From a virus: a stretch of 64,000 bases of DNA. The notes beneath the pieces are model-generated. The model did no database searches and was not told the DNA's origin. It saw nothing but the letters and a program-made list of their open reading frames with translations. This document shows, piece by piece, positions 16,980 to 27,016 of the stretch. The stretch lies in IMG/VR virus record IMGVR_UViG_3300045242_000214, positions 7,880-71,879 of that record; one strand, given 5' to 3'. Every line of letters starts with the position of its first letter. The first letter of the stretch is position 1. Position numbers and translations under genes: made by a program.

Positions 16980-18962
16980 CTATTGGGCGTAGGCGAAGTC
17001 GGCAGAGAGACTCGGCGTCGGACCCCCTCCTCCGCCCGGCCGGTAGTAGATGGTGCCGTCGAACGTCTGATACCAGGCTCGCGGCGACAGGTCGAGAGTT
17101 GTCGTGAAGTCGAACAAGCCAGCCTGCAGGACTGCGACAGTGTTGTGGATGCCCTCGACGAAAAACTGGGTTTGGACGAAGCCGCCGCCACCGGGGTTGG
17201 TCGTCCACACTTTGACCACGTCGCCGATCTCGACGCCGAGGATGAAATCCCAGAGTGGCAGGGCGAGCGAGTCGGAAGGATCGCGCGTCTTGAACGCGAT
17301 GTGGGAGATCATTTCGACCGGCTGCGCGTAGTTGTCGACGTAATACTGGCCGAAGACCTTGCACGCGTCCTTCGCGTCCAGGAACGGCTGATCCTGAGAG
17401 GGGTCCGAGACCTGGTCGAGGGTGAGCAGGTCCGAGATCGTAAGCGACCGCGTCCCGTACTGCGCGATCGAGCCGGCGTTGAAGACGAGCTGGCCCGCGA
17501 TGTCGGCTTGCGCGATCCCGTTCGGCGTACAGAGGCAGGCGTTGATCACGTTCTTCAGGTCGAGTATCCATTCGATCTCCGCGATCGGGGCGATGCCGAA
17601 CGTTTCCGCGGCCTGGATGTCCCCGACCTCCCAGAAGTTGATCGCCTTATGCCCCGAGGGCGGCGTAAGGCCACCGTCGCGCGGACCGTAAATCTGGGGG
17701 ATCAGACGCGAGAAGCGACCGCGGAACGCCACCTGCCCCCATTTGTCCATGAAGATGTTGGCGGCGTTCGGCAGTTCGGCGTCAGCGCAGTCCTGGAGCA
17801 CGCTGAGCAGCGACGTTTGCGGGTTGTAGACGGTCTCCTGCAGGTGCACGTTGCCGCTGAAGATCAACTCCTTGTCCGATGGCCAGCCATAATCGGCCAG
17901 GACGCCCCTGATGCGATCCTCGACGAGGTCGGCGGCAAGGATTGTGGTGCCGGAAGAGTCTGGCACCGTCTCCGCTCGAGCGAGGAGCTCGAAGGCGTCG
18001 GTCAGGTTGATCGTGAGGATCATCCAGCGCTCGGTCTGGTCGAGCACGTAGTCCCAGGACTCGACGAACCCGGTGAAAATCACCTCCGTCACCGACGAGA
18101 CGGGGTTGACCGCGAGGATCTGGGCTGGCGCGAGCGGCCCGATCAGACCGAAGTAGGGGCCGTCGGGGTTCGTCGGGTCGTATAGTCCGGTCTGGTCGAT
18201 GACGTTGATCACGGCGGTGCCGGCTTGTGTCTTGTCGAGCTCGTACTGGCGTCCGCGGTCGGTGCTCCAGGACTGGACGTTGAGGATGGGCTGGTAGGCG
18301 GGGGCCTCGGAGAGGGTGGCTTCGCCGAACGCGACATAGACGCCGCTGCTGGCGTTCTGCGGCGGTCCTGGGGGCGCGGGACCGCTTGAGATAGAGGCGG
18401 CACCGAAGACGGCGTCCCAGCCAGCAAGGCTGCCGGACTCGAAGTTGTCTGCGAAGTAGTCGCTGCCGCCCAGCGTCGAGCCGACCAGGATGTTGTCGAG
18501 GTAGTAGATCTCGCCCATTGCATGGAAAGCGCTCCAGCCACCGAAGTGGAAGGTGGTCGAGCCAGTCGGCGTGACTCCCAGCGCGTTGGTGAACTCGGTA
18601 ACGCCGTCCAGTACCCAAATCCAATTGCCGCTCGTGTCGATGTGCAGCTTGATCGTGTGCCATGTGTCGGCGCTGAACGCGTTCGGGATCCCGGTCGAAG
18701 ATGGCTCGAAGTTCGTTCCAAAGGTGGCAGGGCTGCTGAGGCTGCCTGGCGTACCGTCGCCGAGGAAGACTCCGTCGTCCGGCTGAAAATCGAGGAAGGT
18801 TGCGGAATACCCGTCGCTCGCCAGTTGTAGGGCGGTGAGCGTCGCCGAGGGGACGTAGACGTCGAACTGGACGTAGATGTCCGACGGCGATCCGGGAAAG
18901 GTGATGGTCTTGTCGAGGTAGGCGTCAGCGCCCGAACAGTCACACTTGAGGACGAGCGTCAA
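16980..18962 (-). CDS. minor tail / baseplate protein with N-terminal LamG-like domain
   Basis: DTWHTIKLHI...WVLDGV lectin motif; STDRGRQYELDKTQAGTA and IFTGFVESW as in actinophage tail proteins; start uncertain (TTG18962). Confidence 0.7.
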   Translation of the reverse strand: MTLVLKCDCSGADAYLDKTITFPGSPSDIYVQFDVYVPSATLTALQLASDGYSATFLDFQPDDGVFLGDGTPGSLSSPATFGTNFEPSSTGIPNAFSADTWHTIKLHIDTSGNWIWVLDGVTEFTNALGVTPTGSTTFHFGGWSAFHAMGEIYYLDNILVGSTLGGSDYFADNFESGSLAGWDAVFGAASISSGPAPPGPPQNASSGVYVAFGEATLSEAPAYQPILNVQSWSTDRGRQYELDKTQAGTAVINVIDQTGLYDPTNPDGPYFGLIGPLAPAQILAVNPVSSVTEVIFTGFVESWDYVLDQTERWMILTINLTDAFELLARAETVPDSSGTTILAADLVEDRIRGVLADYGWPSDKELIFSGNVHLQETVYNPQTSLLSVLQDCADAELPNAANIFMDKWGQVAFRGRFSRLIPQIYGPRDGGLTPPSGHKAINFWEVGDIQAAETFGIAPIAEIEWILDLKNVINACLCTPNGIAQADIAGQLVFNAGSIAQYGTRSLTISDLLTLDQVSDPSQDQPFLDAKDACKVFGQYYVDNYAQPVEMISHIAFKTRDPSDSLALPLWDFILGVEIGDVVKVWTTNPGGGGFVQTQFFVEGIHNTVAVLQAGLFDFTTTLDLSPRAWYQTFDGTIYYRPGGGGGPTPSLSADFAYAQ

Positions 18963-18997
18963 CTGAGTGGCCCAAACCCGGTAACATACGCCGAACA

Positions 18998-19612
18998 GTG
19001 ACGGATTTGGAAACACGGCTGCTGTGTCGCAGGGTGATCACGTCGCGTGGGTGCTGGGTGTGGATGGGCCGCATCAGTTCTAGTGGATACGGAGAACTCA
19101 CGCTCGTGGTTCATGGGCGGAAGGTTGTTCGACGCGTTCACCGCATCTCCGCCATGCTGTGGTTGGGCTTTGATCTGGAGTCGGATCTTTTCGTCTGCCA
19201 TCGTTGCGACAACCCGCCATGCTTCAATCCCGACCATCTTTTTATCGGGACGGCCGCCGACAACACAGCGGATATGATCGCCAAGAACCGTCAGTCGATG
19301 GCAGGCATGAAGGCAAAGTGGAGTCCCGAGCAAATGGAGGCCGCACTTGACGGACTCCGGAATGGAATGACGCTCAGAGAGGCCAGTCGAACATTTGACG
19401 TGACGCGGCCTTGTTTGCGAGCCCGGGCGCCGTGGTACGTGCCACCGTCGCCATTGCCGAATCGACACGGCGGTCGGCCAAAGACACACGATCCGAAACA
19501 GATGGTTCGAGCGATCTTCGCCGTAAAAGCTGGTGTGCCCGTAAGAGTGGCAGCGCGAGAGTTTGGTGTGCCACGCACAACGCTTAGGCGCTACGTCTCC
19601 GGTACACGCTAG
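18998..19612 (+). CDS. HNH homing endonuclease with C-terminal HTH repeats (antisense to structural operon)
   Basis: GCWVWMG..SSSGYG, VHRIS, VCHRCDNPPCFNPDHLFIGT..DN; psq-like HTH. Confidence 0.9.
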   Translation: MTDLETRLLCRRVITSRGCWVWMGRISSSGYGELTLVVHGRKVVRRVHRISAMLWLGFDLESDLFVCHRCDNPPCFNPDHLFIGTAADNTADMIAKNRQSMAGMKAKWSPEQMEAALDGLRNGMTLREASRTFDVTRPCLRARAPWYVPPSPLPNRHGGRPKTHDPKQMVRAIFAVKAGVPVRVAAREFGVPRTTLRRYVSGTR

Positions 19613-19620
19613 CGCCAGCC

Positions 19621-22600
19621 TCACGCCAGACCGACGCCTTTCCCCGCCTGAGGTCCACGGGTCTGGGCGCCGTTGCGGCGCTGGACGCGGAGTAGTTCGG
19701 TGCGTACTGCTCGCGCTACGGCAGCCGGATCCTTGGCAGCCGAGGCGACGTGGATCACGATGTTGCCGTTCACAACCATCGTCTGCGCAGCCGCTGGATG
19801 TGCTCCGCCGGCATGCGGATGACGACGCCGGTGAGGATGGCCATGCGGCAGTTGTACGCCGCCGCCGACACCGGGCGGGAGCGGAACACCACCGGCCGCC
19901 CCGCCGGTCGGGACGCGATGGCCGTGCATGTAGTAGGAGGAGAGCCGTGCCATCTCGGCCGCCCGCTGCGCCGGCGTCAAACCGAGACCCGCGGTCAGCG
20001 CCCGCGCGGAGGGGGCGATGTAGTTCGACTTGATCGTCGACGTCCCGGACAGTTCCTGCTGGATCTGCTGCAGCCAGTTAGTGATCTTGCGCGTTTCGGC
20101 CGGCGTCAACTTCATGTTCTCGCGATGAGCGATTCGCAGAACCTCCTGGATCTTGCGCAGTTCGGCCATCGCCTTCGCGTCGAGCGTGATCCCATGCTGC
20201 TGCATCTGCCTCAACAACGTGGCCGGCGACTCGCGCGTCAGCTGGCCGACCGTGACCCCGAGCGCCCGAGCCGTCGCACCGATGTTGTGGTGCGGACCGC
20301 CAAGCGCCTGCTCGAGCGCACGGATGAACATGTTCCGTTCGCGCTGCTGGATGCTGAGCGAGCCACCCGCCGCTGCCCCGCCACCGATGCCGAGAATTTT
20401 GTTGATGCGAGACTGGACTTGGAGGTCGTGGATCTGCTTCTCGGTTGCCGCGATCTGGCGGGTGATCGCGAGCTCCTCCCGCTTGAGGGCGACGAGCTTG
20501 GCGCCTGTGGCGTGTTGCGCCATCAGGCTGTGAAGGACCGCCTGCTCCTGTTGGAGAAGGGCGCGATTGGCAGCAAGTGCGCGAGCAGAGTTGGTCGTGT
20601 TGGCGAGAGCGGCGACGCGCTGCTGGGCCTGTGCGAGGGCGGCGGCGAGACCGGGTGGGACGAGGTTCATGCCGGTTGCTGCGCCTGCTGTTCCGGGAAT
20701 CGTTCCGGTCGCATGCGGGACATGACCCGGCGTGCCGTAGGGCGCGTACTGGGCCTCGGCCTGGTAGATGGCGAGGATCTGCTTGCGGGTCAGGTTGTGC
20801 CGTTTGAGGAGAGCCTCGTAGTAGGCGTAGGCTGCGGCGTCGGCCTTCTGGATCGAGCCGTGTCCGGCCTGCGCGGCGGCGAGTTGCATCTGGATTCCCC
20901 GCGGCAGGTTCAGATTGAGCGGTCCAGGGACACCTGCTATTCCAGCGGTGCTTACGATCCCCGCCCCGTACGGGCCAGCGCCGAAGCGCACGCCGTGGAC
21001 TACCTCGTCGATGGTGATCGTGATCGTCTTGTGGGTGGGGATGCGACCAGTCGCCTCACGGATGCGGATCAGCTGCTCAATGACGCGAGCCAGCTTCGGA
21101 TCGCTTGCCTGCAAGGATTTTGCAAGCGACTCCATCTTCTGCGTCCAGTTAGTGAGGGCTACGGCCGACGTAGCAGCGATGTGCTGGACGACGTTCCCCC
21201 TGCCGACCCATTGCGACATCGGGTGGATAGAGATCTCCGCCTGCTTGGCAACCTCTGCGAACGCGCTAGCGAGATCCGCCTCGATCTTGCGGGCACCCTG
21301 CGTGTGACTGTTCAACTGCGCGAACGCAGCCCCAAGCCTGCCGAGGCGCACCGTCAGACTCGGAATGCTGTGGTTGAGCGCGATGACTGCGCCGGCGATT
21401 GCGCCAAGACCGCCTCCGATGCCGGCGCCGAGCGGACCACCCACCAAGAAGCCGAGGCCCGCCCCGACTCCCGCGCCTTGCAGGGCGCCACCGACGCCCT
21501 GACCGACCTGACCGCCGATCTGGGACTTGACCAGACCGCCGCCCATCAGGCCGGCGATGGCGAAGAGTCCCGCGGGGCCAAGTCGTGCGCCTGCGCCAGC
21601 GAGACCGAGTCGGGCGAGGATGCCACCCCCGCCGGCGGCAGCGACCTCTCCCTCGGCACCGACGACGCCAGCCGCACCGACCTGCGCTGACGTACCCATC
21701 CCAGCAAGCTCCGCGTTGATCGTCTCCAGCTGCGTCACCACTGGGGCGAGCGCTGCCTCCATCTCCGTCGCAGCCCGCTGAGTGCCAAGAATCGCCGCAC
21801 CCCAGCTTGTACCTATGGCCCTGATGCCACCCCAAACAGCAATGGTCGCCCTGTAGACCAAGGCGAATGCGCCGATCCAGCCAAGCGCCCATGTGAGCAA
21901 GGGGTGACTGAACAGCCATTTGACAGCGTCGATGATCGGCTTCAATGCCTGATTGAACGCCTGCGTCATGGCCGCCTCAATCTGGAGGAACGCGGAGATC
22001 ACGCTCTCGAGCAGCGGCAGCAGCGCCTTGATCAGATTGCCGATCAGAATGAGTTGCTGCGTATGGGCGGCGAACAGCCGGTGCAGCACATCCTGAGTGC
22101 CGGACGCCGAGAGCCAGTCGCGGACCTTGTTGATGATCTGGGTCAACGTCTCGGCGAACTGCTTGCCGAACCCAACCGCGGGCTTGAACAGGTCGACCAC
22201 CAGGCCGATCATTGAGCCGAGCAAACCCATCCAGGTGCGGAAGAGGCTGATCAGCTTGCCGACCTCGGCGGCGACGCGCGGGAACATGGCCGGCGAGTTC
22301 CACTTGGTCACGAACTCGTTCACCTTCTGCACAAGGCCACCCGTGTGCTGAGCGGCTACATCCATGACTTTCGTGAACAACTCGATCCCCTGCGTCAAGG
22401 CGTGGATCGAGGTCGGTAGCCGGTTCTGGAAGATCTGCTCCAGGTTCGTGAAAATGCCGAGGCCGCCCTGCGGTCCCTTCTGCTGTAGCCAGGTGAAGAA
22501 CGGCTGCAGGCCGTGCTGGATGATCTCGGTGTTCTGGGTGGCGTATTTGCCGATGGTCGGCAGGAACTTCATCCCGACGTGCATCGCCTGGTTGATGATC

Positions 22601-23499
22601 TCCGCCCCCGTCTTCTCCGCCTGCCCGGTCGCCTTGTCGAACATCGACTTGAACGCCTGCGAGGTCTGGGCGGCGGCGAGAACCGCTCCGCGAGCGACGG
22701 GGCTGAACGAAGCCAGCGACTGATTCAGGGTCGCCTGCGCCTGCGCGGCCTGCGTCGAATTGCGGCCGTACGTCTTGATCGCCGAGTTCAAGGCGCCGAG
22801 GTTCGTCGAGACCGTCTTGATGTCACCCGCAGCCTGGCCGATCCCGGCCGCATCCGTGCCCATGCCGACAGCGGTCGTCGAGAGCAGCCCGCCTGCGAGG
22901 AGTCCGCCGCCAGCGAGGCCGCCGATCATCGAGCCCGCGATCCCGAGCGTCGACGTCAGGGCACGTTCGGCACCGAAGCCAGCGAGTCCCGCGACCGAAC
23001 CCAGCGTCCCGAAGCCGCCGAAAAGGCGACGCGGGCCGAAGCCGAAGCCGCCTCCCATCATGCGCAGCGGGTTGCGAATGCCACCTCCACCGAAGCCGAG
23101 CGCAGCCGCCAGACCCAGACTCGCGACTGCGGCATCAGCGGCCACAGCCTCGTTGCGCACCTTCTCCAGGCCGCCGGCGATGACATCGGTAGCGGCACGC
23201 GATTCGGCGGCCTGTGCGGCGGTGACCTTCACCTGCTCGGAGCGGTTCGCCGCCTCAAGCGCGGTGATTGAGTACGAACTCATCGATCGCCGCATCTGAG
23301 CCAGCACCGCATCGGTCTGGGCGCCCTGGCTCGCCTCGATCTTGACGCCGCCGAGCGCGGTCGACAGCGTCGCCGCCGTCTTCTCTGTCTCCCTTATCTG
23401 GCTGCGCGTTTGGGCGAGGATCGCGTCGGCCGCGGCCATGTTGCGCTGGAAGGCAGCGATCTCCCCCTTGAGAGTCGCGACAAGCTGAGCGACCTCCAC
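19621..23499 (-). CDS. tape measure protein
   Basis: 1292 aa Ala/Gly-rich helical protein directly after tail chaperone. Confidence 0.9.
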   Translation of the reverse strand: MEVAQLVATLKGEIAAFQRNMAAADAILAQTRSQIRETEKTAATLSTALGGVKIEASQGAQTDAVLAQMRRSMSSYSITALEAANRSEQVKVTAAQAAESRAATDVIAGGLEKVRNEAVAADAAVASLGLAAALGFGGGGIRNPLRMMGGGFGFGPRRLFGGFGTLGSVAGLAGFGAERALTSTLGIAGSMIGGLAGGGLLAGGLLSTTAVGMGTDAAGIGQAAGDIKTVSTNLGALNSAIKTYGRNSTQAAQAQATLNQSLASFSPVARGAVLAAAQTSQAFKSMFDKATGQAEKTGAEIINQAMHVGMKFLPTIGKYATQNTEIIQHGLQPFFTWLQQKGPQGGLGIFTNLEQIFQNRLPTSIHALTQGIELFTKVMDVAAQHTGGLVQKVNEFVTKWNSPAMFPRVAAEVGKLISLFRTWMGLLGSMIGLVVDLFKPAVGFGKQFAETLTQIINKVRDWLSASGTQDVLHRLFAAHTQQLILIGNLIKALLPLLESVISAFLQIEAAMTQAFNQALKPIIDAVKWLFSHPLLTWALGWIGAFALVYRATIAVWGGIRAIGTSWGAAILGTQRAATEMEAALAPVVTQLETINAELAGMGTSAQVGAAGVVGAEGEVAAAGGGGILARLGLAGAGARLGPAGLFAIAGLMGGGLVKSQIGGQVGQGVGGALQGAGVGAGLGFLVGGPLGAGIGGGLGAIAGAVIALNHSIPSLTVRLGRLGAAFAQLNSHTQGARKIEADLASAFAEVAKQAEISIHPMSQWVGRGNVVQHIAATSAVALTNWTQKMESLAKSLQASDPKLARVIEQLIRIREATGRIPTHKTITITIDEVVHGVRFGAGPYGAGIVSTAGIAGVPGPLNLNLPRGIQMQLAAAQAGHGSIQKADAAAYAYYEALLKRHNLTRKQILAIYQAEAQYAPYGTPGHVPHATGTIPGTAGAATGMNLVPPGLAAALAQAQQRVAALANTTNSARALAANRALLQQEQAVLHSLMAQHATGAKLVALKREELAITRQIAATEKQIHDLQVQSRINKILGIGGGAAAGGSLSIQQRERNMFIRALEQALGGPHHNIGATARALGVTVGQLTRESPATLLRQMQQHGITLDAKAMAELRKIQEVLRIAHRENMKLTPAETRKITNWLQQIQQELSGTSTIKSNYIAPSARALTAGLGLTPAQRAAEMARLSSYYMHGHRVPTGGAAGGVPLPPGVGGGVQLPHGHPHRRRHPHAGGAHPAAAQTMVVNGNIVIHVASAAKDPAAVARAVRTELLRVQRRNGAQTRGPQAGKGVGLA

Positions 23500-23687
23500 T
23501 AGCCGTTCTCCTCCTTCGCCGCTTCCATCGCCGCCTCCTCATCCTCCGGACGCAGGACGTACAGCTCGGCCTCCCACTCGGCAAGCTCCGCCGCGCCGAT
23601 CCGCCTCAGAAGCTCACCCACAGTGCAGCCAACCGTCTCCGCTATCCGGAAGAGGACGCGCCGTTCAGGGTGATCACGGAGTTTCCC
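23499..23687 (-). CDS. tail assembly chaperone frameshifted extension (gpGT-like)
   Basis: -1 frame after GGGAAAC reads KLRDHPERRVLFRIAETVGCTVGELLRRIGAAELAEWEAE...; TAG overlaps tape measure GTG. Confidence 0.8.
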   Translation of the reverse strand, partial: GKLRDHPERRVLFRIAETVGCTVGELLRRIGAAELAEWEAELYVLRPEDEEAAMEAAKEENG

Positions 23688-24121
23688 TCCGCCGACTCCT
23701 GGTAGGAGCCCATCCGAGACAACTTCTCGATCTCGTCGACGAGCGCAGCGATCTTCGCGCCGCCAAGCTTCATCAACCGATCGAGGTCACCCTCACGGAA
23801 GAACGGCTTGCGGTCACCGGCCGGCGACGTCGGATCAACGACCCCGTTCCGGAGCATCGCCTTCTGGTACTTCGCCGTCCAGGTCGGATCGGAAAGCTTG
23901 TTGCCCTCGATCGCCGTCGCCATCTGACCCAGGATCTCGGCGCGCGCCTGCCCGGAAATCTCGGACAGCAGCACCTTGCCGACGCCCTCCAGTTCAAACT
24001 CGGCCTCGGCGAAACGGCCAGCGGCGCCGAGAATGTCATCGCGGCTCGCGAATCCCGCCGCTGCGGGCGGTGGCTCTGCGACTGCGGTGGCGCCAGGAGC
24101 GGCCTTGTCAACAGGGGACAT
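23642..24121 (-). CDS. tail assembly chaperone (gpG-like)
   Basis: position between tail tube and tape measure; SRDDIL, GVVDP...KPFF motifs. Confidence 0.8.
   Translation of the reverse strand: MSPVDKAAPGATAVAEPPPAAAGFASRDDILGAAGRFAEAEFELEGVGKVLLSEISGQARAEILGQMATAIEGNKLSDPTWTAKYQKAMLRNGVVDPTSPAGDRKPFFREGDLDRLMKLGGAKIAALVDEIEKLSRMGSYQESAEGNSVITLNGASSSG
23681..23687 (-). other. programmed -1 ribosomal frameshift slippery site G GGA AAC
   Basis: XXXYYYZ heptamer near the end of the chaperone (AEGN). Confidence 0.8.
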
Positions 24122-24665
24122 AAACGAGTCCTTCCTCATCGAAGGTCAGGACGGTTCCCGACCCAGTGCTGCTGATGCTATCGCCGCAGCCGACAAAGAG
24201 ACAATCAGGCTCCCAAGCCTCCAGACGAGCCAGCACGCGACCGCGCGGGCCATCCGCAAGAGCAGGGAAGCGGCAGATGCGGTCGCCGGGGATGGCCACA
24301 ACCTGCGGCTCGATTCCCAACGTCTCCTTGCGATGAATCGTCGAATGCACCTCGCCCTCCCACCCGCCAGCCTCCACAACGAGGCTCAGCGGCCGACACA
24401 CACCACTGACGCGCAGAGACTCGCCGCGGTAGCAGCGAGCGAAGCCGACCCGGCCACTCGCGCGCCACACCTCCAACGGCTCGAGCGGAAACCACTCAGC
24501 GCCCTGCCAGGCCTCGAAGATAAGCGCTGCATCCGTCCAGAAGCGCAGCGACGGATCGGAGACGCGCCAATCGAAGCCGTCGCCGCAGTCCTCCAGAGCG
24601 CCCGTGAACGTGAGCGGATCACCGACCCGGTACAAACTCCCGCCGGGGCCGGAGAACCGGAGCAC
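24108..24665 (-). CDS. hypothetical tail-associated protein
   Basis: fills the gap between tail tube and chaperone. Confidence 0.5.
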   Translation of the reverse strand: MLRFSGPGGSLYRVGDPLTFTGALEDCGDGFDWRVSDPSLRFWTDAALIFEAWQGAEWFPLEPLEVWRASGRVGFARCYRGESLRVSGVCRPLSLVVEAGGWEGEVHSTIHRKETLGIEPQVVAIPGDRICRFPALADGPRGRVLARLEAWEPDCLFVGCGDSISSTGSGTVLTFDEEGLVYVPC

Positions 24666-24674
24666 ACGGGGAGC

Positions 24675-25085
24675 CTAGTTGTAGTACGGGCCGTTCAGCG
24701 AGCCGGTGCCCTCGAACGTCCAGTTCAGGCTGGCGATGTTGTCGACCGGACTGGAGATCGCACCCTGCGTGACCACGATCTGGCCGATCAACTCGGAACC
24801 GTCACCAGACTCGAACACGATCAGCGGGTAAACGCTGCCGACCATCGAGTTCCAGAGGTAGTGCTGACCGAGCGGATCGGCGCCGACCTCGTAATGGCCG
24901 GTCAGCGTTCCCGTCCAGTTCTTGAGGCCCGAGATCCTCTCCGTCCACTGATCGCCAAGAACCGACGCGTCGTAGGTCGGGGCGGCCACCGTGATGTCCC
25001 ACTGGCGCAGGCCAGCGACTTGCACATTCGGCGTGCCCGGAATGAGCACGCGACCCAAAGTTCCCGCGAACGCCTGCTGTGCCAT
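24675..25085 (-). CDS. major tail tube protein
   Basis: QWDITV...YDASVLGDQWTERISGLKNWTGT...FEGTGSL; GAGGAG RBS. Confidence 0.8.
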   Translation of the reverse strand: MAQQAFAGTLGRVLIPGTPNVQVAGLRQWDITVAAPTYDASVLGDQWTERISGLKNWTGTLTGHYEVGADPLGQHYLWNSMVGSVYPLIVFESGDGSELIGQIVVTQGAISSPVDNIASLNWTFEGTGSLNGPYYN

Positions 25086-25129
25086 TCCGGACTCCTCCTC
25101 AAATCGTGAAAGTCCGGTGTGCTATCGGC

Positions 25130-25585
25130 TCACCACTGGTCGTTTTCGTACCAGACGCTGAGATTGAGGCTCCACATGTGCCGTTGCCGCGCGTCTGTCG
25201 GAGGCGCAATCCCAAGGTAGGCGGGCGAGGAGAGCGCGCGAATCAGGTGAAAGTAGGCGCCGCCGATGTTCAGGTTCTTCTCGGCCTGCATGTCCAGCGC
25301 CCCGAAGATCGCTTGCATCAGCGAGTTCCCAGCCACGAAGCCCTGCATCCCGGCTCGCACCATGATCTGGACGCTCGGCTTGTCGAAGCGCGACTGCGGC
25401 GTGTACAGAACCCGGTCCGGAGCCATGCCGGGTCGCTCGATCACCGCAGCGGCGATGTCAGGCTCGTCGGGGAGATACGTGTCGAACAGGTTCTTCGTCC
25501 CGGCACCCGAGTAGTTGAGTGTCGTCGGAAGGCTCTGCGCCTGCAGGTAGGTGCAGATCTCGCCGCCGACCGAGAGCGCCGTCAT
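25130..25585 (-). CDS. tail terminator (minor capsid 3-like)
   Basis: LPDEPD, PSVQIMVRA, SPAYLG..D.RQR..WS.N. Confidence 0.75.
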   Translation of the reverse strand: MTALSVGGEICTYLQAQSLPTTLNYSGAGTKNLFDTYLPDEPDIAAAVIERPGMAPDRVLYTPQSRFDKPSVQIMVRAGMQGFVAGNSLMQAIFGALDMQAEKNLNIGGAYFHLIRALSSPAYLGIAPPTDARQRHMWSLNLSVWYENDQW

Positions 25586-26121
25586 GCTGGCTTCGCGCCC
25601 AGATCTACACCGTCAGCGACGACGGCACCATGAGGGAGTTCGGCCGGGTGCGTCTCCTGCATTCGGATTGCCAGATCGGCCTCGAACGTAGACGCCTCTT
25701 GCAGCATCGGGTCGAGCAGGAAGTGGCTCTTGGTCGGCGGCTCGTGCTCAAGATCGGACCGCTCGTGCACGGGGACGGCGTACTCAGCCGCGAGACGACC
25801 TGCCGGGTTGACCTCCTCTCCGAAGCCGTAACCGAACTCGACGCTGACCTCGTTCGGCGTGCGCCGCGGCGCGAACACCCGTGCCGAGCGTCGCAACGTG
25901 CCTGCGTCACCTTCGATGAACACGTCGTCCGGGTTGCCGAGGAACACGGGTCGGCCGCCGATCGTGCGGTACTGCGTCCCGAACTCCTCGATGTACGTCT
26001 CTCTGTCGGAGATCGGACACTCGATGATCGACTTGCGCATCACCGCCTCGGCCTCCTCGACGAGTGCGCGCTCGAGCCGCCGTACGAGATCTTCTCCGGC
26101 AGCCTCGAACTCGCCGGCCAT
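25582..26121 (-). CDS. neck protein (HK97 gp10-like)
   Basis: GTLRRSA...YAVPVHE...KSHFLLDP. Confidence 0.7.
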   Translation of the reverse strand: MAGEFEAAGEDLVRRLERALVEEAEAVMRKSIIECPISDRETYIEEFGTQYRTIGGRPVFLGNPDDVFIEGDAGTLRRSARVFAPRRTPNEVSVEFGYGFGEEVNPAGRLAAEYAVPVHERSDLEHEPPTKSHFLLDPMLQEASTFEADLAIRMQETHPAELPHGAVVADGVDLGAKPA

Positions 26122-26507
26122 TAGAGCGTCACCTTGACGAGCCAGGGCGCCTGATTGTCAAAGGGTGGCCCGAACTCCGTGGCGAGGAAGAGTGCTTGTG
26201 GTTTGCGGCCTTCGATCCCGACCACCGGAATGCTGAAACGGTCGAGCACGGTGAAACCCTGGACGTTCGCGTCGGAGCCGTTGAAGTAGAGATCGAACTC
26301 GACGTCGACGGTCGTGTTGGCGGCCCGACGTACGGCCTCGAGGCCGCCTGCGACAAAGCCGGACTGCTCGCACCAGCACTGGAGCGTGATCGGTGCGGCA
26401 TAGGTCGGCTGGCCGTGCCCGTCGAGGCCGGTGTTCTTCTCGTACTGGCAGCTGATCGTGAGCAGCTCGGCGATGTCGGGAGGGAGTGCGGTCGCGGGGC
26501 CGCTCAT
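26121..26507 (-). CDS. head closure / head-tail adaptor
   Basis: GLDGHGQPTYAAP motif and synteny. Confidence 0.65.
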   Translation of the reverse strand: MSGPATALPPDIAELLTISCQYEKNTGLDGHGQPTYAAPITLQCWCEQSGFVAGGLEAVRRAANTTVDVEFDLYFNGSDANVQGFTVLDRFSIPVVGIEGRKPQALFLATEFGPPFDNQAPWLVKVTL

Positions 26508-26510
26508 CAG

Positions 26511-27002
26511 CTAGAAGTCGTCTTCGTCGAAGTCACCGCTGGCCGTGTCGCCCTCGTTACCGACGGGCGGTAGCGAGTCGGACGTGTAACCCCCCGTCCA
26601 CGGGCTCTGCTGCATCGTTTTCTCGAAGAGAGGAGCAACGAGGTCACCGTTCTCGCTGTACGCGATCTTGTCACTGACGCTCATGCCGCCGACGAATGGC
26701 GGCGTGGTTCCGAGCGCCTTGCAGCGAAGCGCCTTCGCCATCATTAGGTACTGCTCGGCGGCGCGCGTGTAGGTGATCTGCATGGAACGCCCGAGACGCA
26801 CGTCGGCCTTGCGCAGGAGGAGTCGGGAGATCTGTTCGGCGCTTCGCGCCGCTGCGCTCCAAAACCCGCGTTCCTGTGAAATATTCCAGGCGATCTCCTC
26901 ATCCGCGAGCAGCTGATTATTGACGTCCACATCAGCGATCTCGTTGCGGACCTGGTAGATTTCGTTCGTCGCTAATTGGGTCGGATCGTACGTCCAACTC
27001 AT
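26511..27002 (-). CDS. head-tail connector protein
   Basis: MSWTYDP...VRNEIADVD..QLLADEEI. Confidence 0.75.
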   Translation of the reverse strand: MSWTYDPTQLATNEIYQVRNEIADVDVNNQLLADEEIAWNISQERGFWSAAARSAEQISRLLLRKADVRLGRSMQITYTRAAEQYLMMAKALRCKALGTTPPFVGGMSVSDKIAYSENGDLVAPLFEKTMQQSPWTGGYTSDSLPPVGNEGDTASGDFDEDDF

Positions 27003-27016
27003 ACGGCAACCCCAAG

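Noticed and set aside
19750-21690. 646-aa plus-strand ORF (likewise 36506..38539, 16944..18185, 44433..45461)
   Set aside because: Antisense shadows of real high-GC genes; no motifs or RBS.
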